Made by a program: the position numbers and the translations under genes. DNA of 64,000 nt, taken from the NCBI GenBank assembly GCA_963675665.1, contig OY776510.1, positions 1,792,001 to 1,856,000 of the forward strand, written 5' to 3'. Below are positions 28,904-38,482 of the stretch, one piece after another; positions within the stretch are counted from its first letter, which is position 1, and every line of letters begins with the position of its first letter. Below the pieces are notes generated by a model. It was not told the DNA's origin. It ran no database searches and was given only the letters and a program-made list of their open reading frames with translations. Source of the DNA: Spirochaetia bacterium (lineage in GTDB: Bacteria > Spirochaetota > Spirochaetia > UBA9216).

Positions 28904-30019
28904 ATGGCAAAAATCGACTATGACCTTGATCTTCAGATAGAACCCGAAATGCCTGAAAAGAAAGATTTCAGGATAGGCTGTATTGGCGCAGGTTTTATTA
29001 TGAAAGATTGTCATTTGGTTGCTTACAGAGACGCTGGATTCAATCCTTATGCGATTACTTCACTTAGCAGAGAAGAATCGGAAGCTGTTGCCGCGGAGCA
29101 CAATATACCCAGGGTTTACGACAGCTGGAAGGATCTGATAAAAGATCCGGAGATCGAAATTCTTGATATTGCGATTCCGCCGGATAAACAGCTTGAAGTT
29201 GTAGAAGCTGCAGCGAAAGAAAGCAGTCATATCAGGGGGATTCAGGCACAAAAACCGCTGGCGATGAACCTGAAAGAAGCTGTAAAGATTGTCAAGGTCT
29301 GCAAGGACGCAGGAATTACTCTCGGGGTGAATTCTAATATGCGTTATGATCAGTCAATCCGTGCGCTTAAGGCTGTTCTTGATCGGGGGTATCTTGGTGA
29401 GCCCGTTCTTGCAACTATCGACATGAGGGCGATTCCCCACTGGCAGGATTTTCTGAAGAAATACGATCGTATCGAGATTCTTAACATGGGAATCCATCAC
29501 CTGGACGTTTTCAGGTATCTGTTTGGTGATCCGGAAAAGATTACAGCTGTCACCAGAAAAGACCCGAGGACCGCTTTTGAGCATATCGACGGGATATCAC
29601 AGGTTACCTATAAATACGCCAACGATTTTATGGCTACTACGCTGGATGACGTTTGGGCGGGACCTGCGGAGGGTGCCGAGAAGGATTATTACATTAGATG
29701 GCGGGTCGAAGGTACGGACGGAATAGCACAGGGAACTATAAGCTGGTTTAATTATCCGGTTCCGACGCCCAGTACCATGGATTTCACGACAAAACAGTTT
29801 CCAGGTTATTGGTTTAAACCGCGCTGGAATAAAGTATGGTTTCCGGATGCATTTCAGGGAACAATGGCGCAGCTTCTGAGGGCGGTTGAGAGCGGAACCG
29901 AACCGGAAATAAGCGGAAGGGATAATCTGAAAACTCTCGCAGCTGTAGATGCAAGCTACAGATCCATCGCTGAAGAGAGAACTGTAGCTCTTGCAGAAGT
30001 ATTGAGAGAAATTCAGTAA
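28904..30019 (+). CDS. Gfo/Idh/MocA oxidoreductase
   Basis: IGAGFI, QKPLA, GIHHLD; AGGAGG RBS before ATG 28904. Confidence 0.9.
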   Translation: MAKIDYDLDLQIEPEMPEKKDFRIGCIGAGFIMKDCHLVAYRDAGFNPYAITSLSREESEAVAAEHNIPRVYDSWKDLIKDPEIEILDIAIPPDKQLEVVEAAAKESSHIRGIQAQKPLAMNLKEAVKIVKVCKDAGITLGVNSNMRYDQSIRALKAVLDRGYLGEPVLATIDMRAIPHWQDFLKKYDRIEILNMGIHHLDVFRYLFGDPEKITAVTRKDPRTAFEHIDGISQVTYKYANDFMATTLDDVWAGPAEGAEKDYYIRWRVEGTDGIAQGTISWFNYPVPTPSTMDFTTKQFPGYWFKPRWNKVWFPDAFQGTMAQLLRAVESGTEPEISGRDNLKTLAAVDASYRSIAEERTVALAEVLREIQ

Positions 30020-30064
30020 GAAATATTTTTTTATAGGAGGAATGATAAAAAGTCTTCATGAGCT

Positions 30065-30217
30065 GGTGAATTGATATACTGCCTTAACTTTAATTGAGGC
30101 AGTAAGGTTACTGTTCGACATTTTTACTGGTCCGCGAGACCGTTTAGGAGATTGAAGAGCCGTAACCGAAACATTCAATGGTCTGCGAGACCGGATAGGA
30201 GAATGGAACAATTCACC
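30065..30217 (+). ncRNA. Candidate bridge RNA of the IS110 element
   Basis: Outer stem GGTGAATTG/CAATTCACC encloses a hairpin (30077-30104) and two similar GGTC-YGCGA-GACC..TAGGAG modules. Confidence 0.7.
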
Positions 30218-30252
30218 GTATAGGCACTGCTTCAAACTATTGGAGATAGAAC

Positions 30253-31365
30253 ATGAAGATGAGTATTGGCGTGGATCTTCACAAAACGCAGTTTACAGTA
30301 TGCCTTTTAAGTGAAGACCGAAAAATTGATCAATTGGGAATGTATCCGACCAGCGGAAATGGTTATGGAGCATTTCTGAAAATGCTGGATGAATATTGTG
30401 AAGAGGAATATGAGTTGAGAGCAGCGGTGGAAACAACCGGGAATGCCCGTTATTTCCGCAATAAACTGTTAAAGGCTGGAGTCGAAGTGGTTGTAGTGAA
30501 TACTTTGAAATTCAAGGTAGTGAATGAATCTGTAAAAAAGACAGACAAACATGATGCACGCACCCTGGCGGAGTTTCTTGAGAAAGACATGCTGCCTGAA
30601 TCGATATTATGTTCCCAAGAGAGTGAGGATATTCGAAGGGTGCTGAAATCCAGGTCGATACTGGTAAAATCTGTTGTGTCGTTAAAGAACCAGGTGCATG
30701 GCTTATTACTTGGTTATGGAATAGAGACCAAACGCGGACAGCTGCAGAGTAAAAAAGAAAGGCAGCGAATCCTGAACGGTCTCGAGGACCACGACTTTTA
30801 CGGAAGCGCTGCCAAAACGGTAATACCGTTACTGGATATGATAGATAATCAGGCATCGCAAGTCAAGCAGCTTGAAAAGGTTTTGGCTGAGCTTGTGGAG
30901 GACGATGAAGATGTTGAGCTTCTGCAGACAATACCAGGCGTGGGTCTAATAACAGCAGCAACAGTAAGAGCCTATACAGACGATATCGGCAGATATGATA
31001 GTGCGAAGAAATATGCAGCAAACGCCGGGCTTGTGCCATGGGTGCAGAACTCAAATATGACAATACATCATGGACATATAACAAAGCGTGGGCCTGTAGA
31101 ACTGAGGACAGCCTTCGTACAGATGGTGATGGGAATGGTTCGTATGCAAAAGAAGACCGGGACGTACCGAATAATGACGAAGTATGCAGCGATGAAGAAG
31201 CAGAAAGGCTCGGGTAAGAGTGTAATAGCTGCCGCCCGCAAGATGAGCACTTTGGTATATACAATTTTAAAAACCAGAGAGCCGTTTGATCCGATGAAAA
31301 TGGCTTTTAGAAAAGAATACAGGGAAATGCAGGCAGCAGCATGGGAAGCTGTAATGGTCGGTTGA
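30253..31365 (+). CDS. IS110 family DEDD recombinase/transposase
   Basis: GVDLHK, VETTG and KTDKHDA (DEDD); IPGVG and GLVP..QNS Tnp domain. Confidence 0.95.
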   Translation: MKMSIGVDLHKTQFTVCLLSEDRKIDQLGMYPTSGNGYGAFLKMLDEYCEEEYELRAAVETTGNARYFRNKLLKAGVEVVVVNTLKFKVVNESVKKTDKHDARTLAEFLEKDMLPESILCSQESEDIRRVLKSRSILVKSVVSLKNQVHGLLLGYGIETKRGQLQSKKERQRILNGLEDHDFYGSAAKTVIPLLDMIDNQASQVKQLEKVLAELVEDDEDVELLQTIPGVGLITAATVRAYTDDIGRYDSAKKYAANAGLVPWVQNSNMTIHHGHITKRGPVELRTAFVQMVMGMVRMQKKTGTYRIMTKYAAMKKQKGSGKSVIAAARKMSTLVYTILKTREPFDPMKMAFRKEYREMQAAAWEAVMVG

Positions 31366-31427
31366 TATCCGACCAGATCATAAGCTTATATTTTTAGCTT
31401 GTGGTTGACTTTTTATAGGAGGAATTA

Positions 31428-32330
31428 ATGTTACAGGTAGGAATTTTCAACGGATACTTTCCGTATACCCTTGAAAAACAGATAAGCTGTCTGAAGGAAA
31501 ACGGTTTTCAGACTGTACAATTAGATCTTGCGTTCAAGGACATGGACTTTTCGGCGGGAACAATAACCAAAGAAAAATGCCACAAGGTGAGAGATGCATT
31601 CAGAGATGCCAATCTGCCGATTTGCGCCATATCCGGATACACAAATATCATTCATCCCGATCTTGACGAGAGAAAGAAAAGAGTCGGTTACCTTAAAGAA
31701 ATTATCAGGCATGCACGGGACCTTGGAACTCCGTATGTAATTTCCGAGACGGGAACGTACAACACCGAAAGCGATTGGGTTCATCATCCCAAAAACAAGA
31801 CTGAAGAAGGTTATGAAGAATGCGTTAAGGTCCTCGGAGAGCTTGTCCAGGAAGCCTATGATCACGGCGCAGTATTCCTGGTTGAAAACTATGTCAACAA
31901 CGTTATCGGTTCGATAGACGAAGTAAACAGACTGTTTACCGATATCAATCACACAGCCATGGGCCTTCTTATGGATCCGACGAATTACTTCGACGATTCA
32001 AACATAGATCATATGGATTTTACACTGAACAGGATATTCGATTCGGTCTCGGACAAAATCAGGATTGCTCATGCAAAGGACTGTAAAAGAGCTGAAAACA
32101 CGGTTGAAAAGCACGCTGAAATAGATGCATCGGAAGCGCACACCTTCCGCGGCGCCGGCGCTGTAGAACTTCCTGCACCGGGGACTGGCTCGCTTAATTA
32201 TGAACTGTATTTCAGAAGACTATCAGAGCGGCACACGAATATTCCGATTATCATTGAACACCTTGAAGAGGATTATATTCCGACAGCCAAGAAGTTTGTT
32301 GATGATACATTGAAGAAAGTAGGTTATTAA
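31428..32330 (+). CDS. Sugar phosphate isomerase/epimerase (TIM barrel)
   Basis: VEN, MDPTN, HAKD, PGTG, IIEH. Confidence 0.88.
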   Translation: MLQVGIFNGYFPYTLEKQISCLKENGFQTVQLDLAFKDMDFSAGTITKEKCHKVRDAFRDANLPICAISGYTNIIHPDLDERKKRVGYLKEIIRHARDLGTPYVISETGTYNTESDWVHHPKNKTEEGYEECVKVLGELVQEAYDHGAVFLVENYVNNVIGSIDEVNRLFTDINHTAMGLLMDPTNYFDDSNIDHMDFTLNRIFDSVSDKIRIAHAKDCKRAENTVEKHAEIDASEAHTFRGAGAVELPAPGTGSLNYELYFRRLSERHTNIPIIIEHLEEDYIPTAKKFVDDTLKKVGY

Positions 32331-32544
32331 CATGGAAATAAACTGGAACAACGCCGTTCCGTGCGCGTTTAACCCATGCGGCAACATGGATTATTATAAC
32401 GACACACAGAACAACGAAGTATTGGTACCTTCATTATAGCTGTTCCGGTTAATTAATTCAATCTCGGCTTCTCTTTGCACCATGTTACATGACGGATCTG
32501 TCTGTATGCAGATGTCAGGAGGCCGGTATTCTCAGGAGGAGAAA

Positions 32545-33600
32545 ATGAAAAGAGCAGCTATCGTATTGATGATGGCGCTGGTAATGCTTGCCATTACCGG
32601 AGGATTTGTTCTTGCTGAAGGTCAGCAGGAAAAAGCGGACGGCGGTTTTGTAATCGGGTTCAGTAACGGTTATATAGGAAACGGCTGGAGGACCCAGATG
32701 ATCGATTCGGTTGAAGATCTGGGCGCTTTCTATAAGGGAAAAGGCTGGGTAGAAGATATTATCATTCAGAATGCGGGTCTTGATGTAAATACCCAGATCG
32801 GACAGATTCGTAATATGATCGCAATGGGTGTTGACCTTCTTCTTATTGATCCCAATTCGGAAACAGCCCTGAACCCGGTTATAGAAGAAGCCTCCGATAT
32901 GGGAATTCCCGTTATAGCGCTTGATGCACCAGTAACCAGTCCTGATGCAATAAATATTGTAATCGATCAGGTAAAATGGGGTGCCAATCTTGCTGAATGG
33001 TTCTGCAAAGAGATCGGCGGAAAAGGCGATATTGTAATCGTCAGCGGAATAGCGGGGCATCCTGCAAATGTTAACAGGCTCAGGGGCATGCATGCAGTCC
33101 TTGATAAGTATCCCGGAATAAATGTTCTTACCGAAGTAAACGGAAACTGGGACCAGGCAAGTTCGCAGCAGGTGGTTTCAAACCTTCTTACTTCCTATCC
33201 TGAAATAGACGGTGTTCTGACCCAGGACGGAATGGCCCTTGGTGCAGTTAATGCATTTATCGCTGCCGGCCGGGATGTACCTGTTGTTACCGGTGAGCTG
33301 ATGATGGGGTATGTAAAAAAATGGAAAGAACTTAAAGATTCAACCGGGTTCGCTTCATACGGACAGAATAACCCTCCGGGAATCGGCGCAACAGCTCTCG
33401 GTGTGGGCGTTAGAATGCTGATGGGAAAAGAACTCAAGGACGGACTTCTTGAAGACGGAAATTTCCTTTATTACAATGTTAAAGACCATGTGACAAATGA
33501 TAATCTTGATAAGTACTTTGATAAATATCAGTTTGAACCTGACGCATATTTTATTGACGAATGGATGGCTGAAGAAGAACTGGACGCATTGTTCAAGTAG
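32545..33600 (+). CDS. Monosaccharide ABC transporter substrate-binding protein
   Basis: Signal peptide; GNGWRTQM; GNWDQ; AGGAGG RBS. Confidence 0.9.
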   Translation: MKRAAIVLMMALVMLAITGGFVLAEGQQEKADGGFVIGFSNGYIGNGWRTQMIDSVEDLGAFYKGKGWVEDIIIQNAGLDVNTQIGQIRNMIAMGVDLLLIDPNSETALNPVIEEASDMGIPVIALDAPVTSPDAINIVIDQVKWGANLAEWFCKEIGGKGDIVIVSGIAGHPANVNRLRGMHAVLDKYPGINVLTEVNGNWDQASSQQVVSNLLTSYPEIDGVLTQDGMALGAVNAFIAAGRDVPVVTGELMMGYVKKWKELKDSTGFASYGQNNPPGIGATALGVGVRMLMGKELKDGLLEDGNFLYYNVKDHVTNDNLDKYFDKYQFEPDAYFIDEWMAEEELDALFK

Positions 33601-33698
33601 GTTTTAAAGCGGAAAGCAGGTGTATTCAGTCTTTTTTTGGGCTGAAAACACCTGCTGCCGTATTGCTTTTCTTAATCTATGATAAATGAGGTATTTCT

Positions 33699-35231
33699 AT
33701 GTTTCCACAGGATGAAATTCTGTTTGAAGCCCGAAGTATAGAAAAATATTTCGGCGGTGTAACCGCTCTTGCGGATGGAAATCTGAAAATATATAACGGT
33801 AGAATTTGCGGTCTTCTCGGGGCGAACGGTTCAGGGAAATCAACAATATCCAGGATTATTAACGGTATTTACCAGCCTAGCGGCGGCGAACTGCTTTACA
33901 GGGGAAAGCCTGTGGACATCAACTCGCCTGCGGCTGCTGCAGCAATGAATATAGCCATGATACACCAGCACCTAAGTCTTGTGCCCGAGCTTACCGTATG
34001 GCAGAACATCTGCCTTGGCATAGAAACACGTTCGCGAGCCGGTTTCCTGACAGATTCCGATTCGAAACGGGCTGCAGAGAAGGTTTTAAGAGAATTTTCA
34101 GATTCCATAGGTCTTGATGACCGGGTTAAGAATCTTTCTCCGGCTGAAAAGCAACTGGTAGAAATAGCCAAAGCTTTTATAAAAGAACCCGATATTCTGA
34201 TACTGGATGAACCGACTGCAGCATTGGAGCAGGAAGAGGTTAAAAAGCTTTTTACTGTTCTTCGGAGATTCAAGAACCGTATGGCAATGATTTTTATCTC
34301 ACATCGAATGTGGGAGGTTTTTCAGATTTGTGATTATATAACCGTTTTTAAGGACGGTAAAAGTGTAGGCGATATTAATTTCGGCACCGAGAAAAAGGAT
34401 GAGAAAAGAATAGTCTCCATGATCACCGGCGATGACGAAGGCTGCAGTGAGCGAGAGATTATTCCTGCTGAACAAAGAGTGAAAGAAACGCAGTTCAGGG
34501 TCAAAGGACTCTCTATAAAAGGACTGCTGCATGATATAGAGCTGGACGTTAAAGAAGGAGAAATACTCGGATTGTCCGGATTGCAGGGGCAGGGACAGGA
34601 AGAGCTGCTGCTTGCGCTTGCGGGATTTCTTCCATGTTCGGGTGAATTTCTGTTCAGGGGCGAGTCCATAAAGGTCAGGCATACGAAAGATGCAATAGCA
34701 AACGGAATAGTACTGGTGCCCGGCGAGCGCAATGAGGAAGGGCTTTTTGTGCAGCATGATATAAACACTAACCTGGTATTTCCACAATTCTCCGGAAAAC
34801 GGCACAAAGGTGTTTTGAAAACCGCGGCAATCAGGGAGCAGTCACTGTCTGTAATGAAAAAACTGTCTGTAGCTGCCCGTGATGAAACCCAGAAAGTGAG
34901 CGAGCTTTCGGGAGGAAATCAGCAAAAGGTTGTTGTCGGTAAATGGCTGGCTCTTGAACCGAAGGTCCTGCTTTTGTCGGACCCCGCAAAGGGTGTTGAT
35001 GTTCACGCAAAGGAAGAGCTTTACAACGTTGTGCGTGAGCTTGCTGAAAAAGGAACATCTGTTGTTCTGTTTGCCAGTGATAATACCGAGCTGATTTCCA
35101 TATGCGATCGGATTTGCGTAATGTTTGAAGGCTGTATTGTGGAAAATCTTGAAAACGACTGTCTGACGGATGAAGTTCTGGTAACTCACGCGCTTCAGGT
35201 CGGATGCAGACGGGGGGAAGATGATGAATAA
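33699..35231 (+). CDS. Sugar ABC transporter ATP-binding protein (RbsA-like)
   Basis: GANGSGKST, LDEPT, LSGGNQQK. Confidence 0.93.
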   Translation: MFPQDEILFEARSIEKYFGGVTALADGNLKIYNGRICGLLGANGSGKSTISRIINGIYQPSGGELLYRGKPVDINSPAAAAAMNIAMIHQHLSLVPELTVWQNICLGIETRSRAGFLTDSDSKRAAEKVLREFSDSIGLDDRVKNLSPAEKQLVEIAKAFIKEPDILILDEPTAALEQEEVKKLFTVLRRFKNRMAMIFISHRMWEVFQICDYITVFKDGKSVGDINFGTEKKDEKRIVSMITGDDEGCSEREIIPAEQRVKETQFRVKGLSIKGLLHDIELDVKEGEILGLSGLQGQGQEELLLALAGFLPCSGEFLFRGESIKVRHTKDAIANGIVLVPGERNEEGLFVQHDINTNLVFPQFSGKRHKGVLKTAAIREQSLSVMKKLSVAARDETQKVSELSGGNQQKVVVGKWLALEPKVLLLSDPAKGVDVHAKEELYNVVRELAEKGTSVVLFASDNTELISICDRICVMFEGCIVENLENDCLTDEVLVTHALQVGCRRGEDDE

Positions 35232-36186
35232 AAGAATTAAACAGTTGAAAAACAGTACCGTCTTTCCTGTTTTTGCAGTGCTTGTCCTGCTTGTAATAAT
35301 CAATGCTGTAATTCAGCCGAGATTTTTCAGTCTTGTTACCTTCAGGATTAATGCATCAACATTTACGCCGATGATTCTGGTGGCAATGGCCCAGGCAATT
35401 GCAATTCTACTGGGTGCGATTGACCTGTCGGTGGGTTCGACCATTACTCTTATTAATGTTGTGCTTGCGGTTATGATGAAGGATACAGGCGCAAGCGTTG
35501 TCCTGGCCATTGCTGCCGGCGTTCTAATCGGTATGGCAACCGGACTTGTTAACGGGCTGACCATAGGTGTTTTAAAACTGCCGGCAATGGTCGCCACCTT
35601 TGCGACTTCTTCGATATGGTACGGAATCTCACTGCTGATAATGCCGCAGCCCGGCGGGTATGTTCCGCCGTTTTTTTACCGATTGTACAGAAAGATGTTT
35701 ATTTTTATGCCGGCGCCCCTGCTTGTTGTGGGTCTTGCGCTGCTGATCTGGTATGTAATAACAAAACGAACGCTTTTCCGCTACATTATGGCGGTTGGAG
35801 GGAATGAAGCCGCAGCCGATGCCGCGGGAATTAATGTTATTGCAGTAAAAATGAAGGCTTTTATTGTCAGCGGAATATTCACGTCGCTTGCCGCTATAGC
35901 CATTACGTGTCAGGCGGCTTCCGGAGATGCCAGTATTGGGCAGCCGTTTACCCTTCAGTCTGTAGCAGCGGTTATAGTCGGCGGTGTGGCTTTCTCAGGC
36001 GGAAGGGGAAAGATGACGGGCGCCGTTGCCGGAGCCCTTGTGTTCGGTTTTCTGACGAATGTAGTATTCTTTGCAAATATTCCGTCGCTGTATCAGGATT
36101 TAATACGCGGACTGATAATTATCGCGGCCCTCGGTATAGCCATAATTCCCAATTTAAGAAAAACAATACCGGGAACGGAGGTCTGA
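35221..36186 (+). CDS. Sugar ABC transporter permease (RbsC-like)
   Basis: IDLSVG, GGNEAAA, GG..FSGGRG. Confidence 0.92.
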   Translation: MMNKRIKQLKNSTVFPVFAVLVLLVIINAVIQPRFFSLVTFRINASTFTPMILVAMAQAIAILLGAIDLSVGSTITLINVVLAVMMKDTGASVVLAIAAGVLIGMATGLVNGLTIGVLKLPAMVATFATSSIWYGISLLIMPQPGGYVPPFFYRLYRKMFIFMPAPLLVVGLALLIWYVITKRTLFRYIMAVGGNEAAADAAGINVIAVKMKAFIVSGIFTSLAAIAITCQAASGDASIGQPFTLQSVAAVIVGGVAFSGGRGKMTGAVAGALVFGFLTNVVFFANIPSLYQDLIRGLIIIAALGIAIIPNLRKTIPGTEV

Positions 36187-36187
36187 T

Positions 36188-37162
36188 ATGAGTGAAAATA
36201 TTGGCAGAAACTACAGATTTTCCATAAGGCGACTAAAAGAAAACCGGGTGGCAATGGCTTATATAATAGCAGTACTTCTTTTTCTGCTTGGCGGTATCAT
36301 CAATCCGGGATTCCTGCATCCTAATCACCTTCTGAATATTCTGAGCCTTTCGTCCTTCCTTGGGATAGTTGTTCTTTCACAGACCCTTGTAATAATTTCC
36401 GGGGGTGAAGGTATTGATTTGTCTGTCGGTGCGATCATCTCGCTGAGTACTGTTATTGCTTCACAGATTATGAACGGATCCGACGCCATGCTTGTACCGG
36501 CTGCTCTGGCTGTTCTTGGAGTGGGGTTTCTGCTCGGCCTTGTAAACGGTGCAGGGACGGCATTTCTTCGGATTCCGCCGCTTGTAATGACCCTCGCGAT
36601 GTCAAGCGTTATACAGGGAGTAGCGCTTGTCTACACACAGGGGCAGCCGAAAGGAAGGGCGTCTGACCTTCTGATTGCAGCAGGATCCGGTCGAAGCGGT
36701 CCGTTTCCCAACATTCTGTTTATCTGGATTATTGTAGTAGCAGCTGCGGTTGTTATTCTGCAGCGTACACGTACCGGCAGGATATTATACGGAACAGGTG
36801 AAAATGATCTGACTGCGGAGCTGTCCGGAATCAGAACACGACGGGTACGTTTTCTTGTTTTCGGTTTCAGCGGTATGATGTCGGCTTTTGCAGGGTTATG
36901 TCTTCTCGGTTATACGGGAACATCATATCTGGATCTTGGCTCAACATATGTAATGCCGACAATAGCAGCGGCCGTTATCGGCGGGGTAGCTTTATCGGGT
37001 GGCAACGGTTCTTACCTTGGAGCTGTTGCCGGGACCATTGTTCTGACTACGCTTAACAGCATAATGATAAGTCTGAAATCGGGTGAAGGCGGAAGGCAGA
37101 TTGTATATGGAGCAGTAATTCTTCTGGTGCTTACAATATATTCAAAAAGGGAGAGACGATAA
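36188..37162 (+). CDS. Sugar ABC transporter permease (RbsC-like)
   Basis: GIDLSVG, IGGVALSGGNG. Confidence 0.92.
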   Translation: MSENIGRNYRFSIRRLKENRVAMAYIIAVLLFLLGGIINPGFLHPNHLLNILSLSSFLGIVVLSQTLVIISGGEGIDLSVGAIISLSTVIASQIMNGSDAMLVPAALAVLGVGFLLGLVNGAGTAFLRIPPLVMTLAMSSVIQGVALVYTQGQPKGRASDLLIAAGSGRSGPFPNILFIWIIVVAAAVVILQRTRTGRILYGTGENDLTAELSGIRTRRVRFLVFGFSGMMSAFAGLCLLGYTGTSYLDLGSTYVMPTIAAAVIGGVALSGGNGSYLGAVAGTIVLTTLNSIMISLKSGEGGRQIVYGAVILLVLTIYSKRERR

Positions 37163-37163
37163 G

Positions 37164-38414
37164 GTGAATCATAAAGAGAGAATACGTGCAGCATTAAATC
37201 ACAAACCGGGGCCCGTACCGATTGATTTCGGGGCTTTTCCTACCACCGGTATACATATCTCCATTGTAGAGAAATTGCGTGAATTCTACGGCCTGGAAAA
37301 ACATCCGGTTAAGGCCATTGAGCCGTACCAGATGCTTGGCGAAATCGAGGACGACCTGAAAGATGCATTGGGCGTAAGCACAAAGCCTGTCTGGGGACAG
37401 TGGACAATGTATGGGTTCAAGAATGAAGATTTCAGGCCGTGGAAAACCCCCTGGGGACAGGAAATCCTTGTTGCCCGTGATTTTGTAACAACTGAAAAAA
37501 ACGGTGAAATCTCAATATATGCCGGTGGTGATACAAATTATCCACCCGCGGCAATTCTTCCCGATGGCGGTTATTTTTTTGATTCAACAATAAGGCAGAA
37601 GCCTATTATTGAAAGTGAGCTTGATCCGGCTGATAATCTTGAAGAATTCGGGCTGATAAGCGCAGAAGATCTTGAATACTATAAAAGAACTGCTGAGCAG
37701 CTGGATGCCGACGATCGTTTTATTGTGGGAAATCTCGGCGGCACTGCCATCGGCGATATAGCCTGTGTCCCCGGGCCGATGCTTAAAGACCCGAAGGGAA
37801 TCAGGGATGTCACCGAATGGTATATGTCTACGGCAATAAGACAGGATTATATCCATGAAGTTTTTGAAGCACAGACAAATACAGCAATAGCAAACCTGGA
37901 GAAAATACACGCTGTGCTGGGAGATACCATATCGGTTGCCTATATGTGCGGAAATGATTTCGGAACGCAGAACGGACCTTTCTGTTCAAACAAAACCTTT
38001 CAGACACTATATATGCCTTACTATAAAAAGATGAATAACTGGGTCCATGCGAATACTGAATGGAAGACGTTTAAACACTCGTGCGGTGCAATAATGCCGC
38101 TGATTCCAGAGCTGATTGAATCCGGGTTTGACATTCTTAACCCGGTTCAGTGGACCGCAACCGGAATGGATATGACCCAGCTCAAGGACAAATTCGGTGC
38201 AGATATTGTGTTCTGGGGAGGCGGGGTTGATACCCAGCAGACTCTTCCTTTCGGAACGCCGGAAGATGTCCGCAGGCAGGTATTGAAAACATGTGAAAAT
38301 TTTTCAGGGAACGGAGGCTTTGTTTTCAATACTATCCATAATGTTCAGGCAAAAACTCCTGTTGAAAATTTTGTGGCAATGATAGATGCTGTTAAAGAGT
38401 TCAACGGGGAATAA
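37164..38414 (+). CDS. Uroporphyrinogen decarboxylase/MtaA-CmuA family methyltransferase-like protein
   Basis: DFGTQ, HSCG, LNPVQ, WGGGVDTQ, GGFVFNTIHN. Confidence 0.85.
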   Translation: MNHKERIRAALNHKPGPVPIDFGAFPTTGIHISIVEKLREFYGLEKHPVKAIEPYQMLGEIEDDLKDALGVSTKPVWGQWTMYGFKNEDFRPWKTPWGQEILVARDFVTTEKNGEISIYAGGDTNYPPAAILPDGGYFFDSTIRQKPIIESELDPADNLEEFGLISAEDLEYYKRTAEQLDADDRFIVGNLGGTAIGDIACVPGPMLKDPKGIRDVTEWYMSTAIRQDYIHEVFEAQTNTAIANLEKIHAVLGDTISVAYMCGNDFGTQNGPFCSNKTFQTLYMPYYKKMNNWVHANTEWKTFKHSCGAIMPLIPELIESGFDILNPVQWTATGMDMTQLKDKFGADIVFWGGGVDTQQTLPFGTPEDVRRQVLKTCENFSGNGGFVFNTIHNVQAKTPVENFVAMIDAVKEFNGE

Positions 38415-38415
38415 T

Positions 38416-38456
38416 AAAAAACCGCCGAAGGCTGGGCGCCACGGCGGTTTTTTTAT
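38416..38456. terminator. Bidirectional intrinsic terminator
   Basis: AAAAAACCGCCG..CGGCGGTTTTTTTT between convergent genes. Confidence 0.8.
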
Positions 38457-38482
38457 CATCTTGTTTCTTTATACTAAAATAT

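Larger units (their letters stand above)
30033..31425 (+). mobile_element. IS110-family insertion sequence (ends lie within the shared 16-bp flanking sequence)
   Basis: Transposase; sub-terminal IRs ATAAAAAGTC (30045-54) and GACTTTTTAT (31407-16); TTTTTATAGGAGGAAT at both junctions. Confidence 0.9.

Noticed and set aside
30118-30205. Two similar repeats as a mini-CRISPR
   Set aside because: Only two imperfect copies, no cas genes, and they lie inside an IS end
30028-31425. 16-bp flanking repeat as a classical target-site duplication
   Set aside because: It overlaps the element's own sub-terminal IR, and IS110 elements do not usually make long duplications; donor-target similarity fits better
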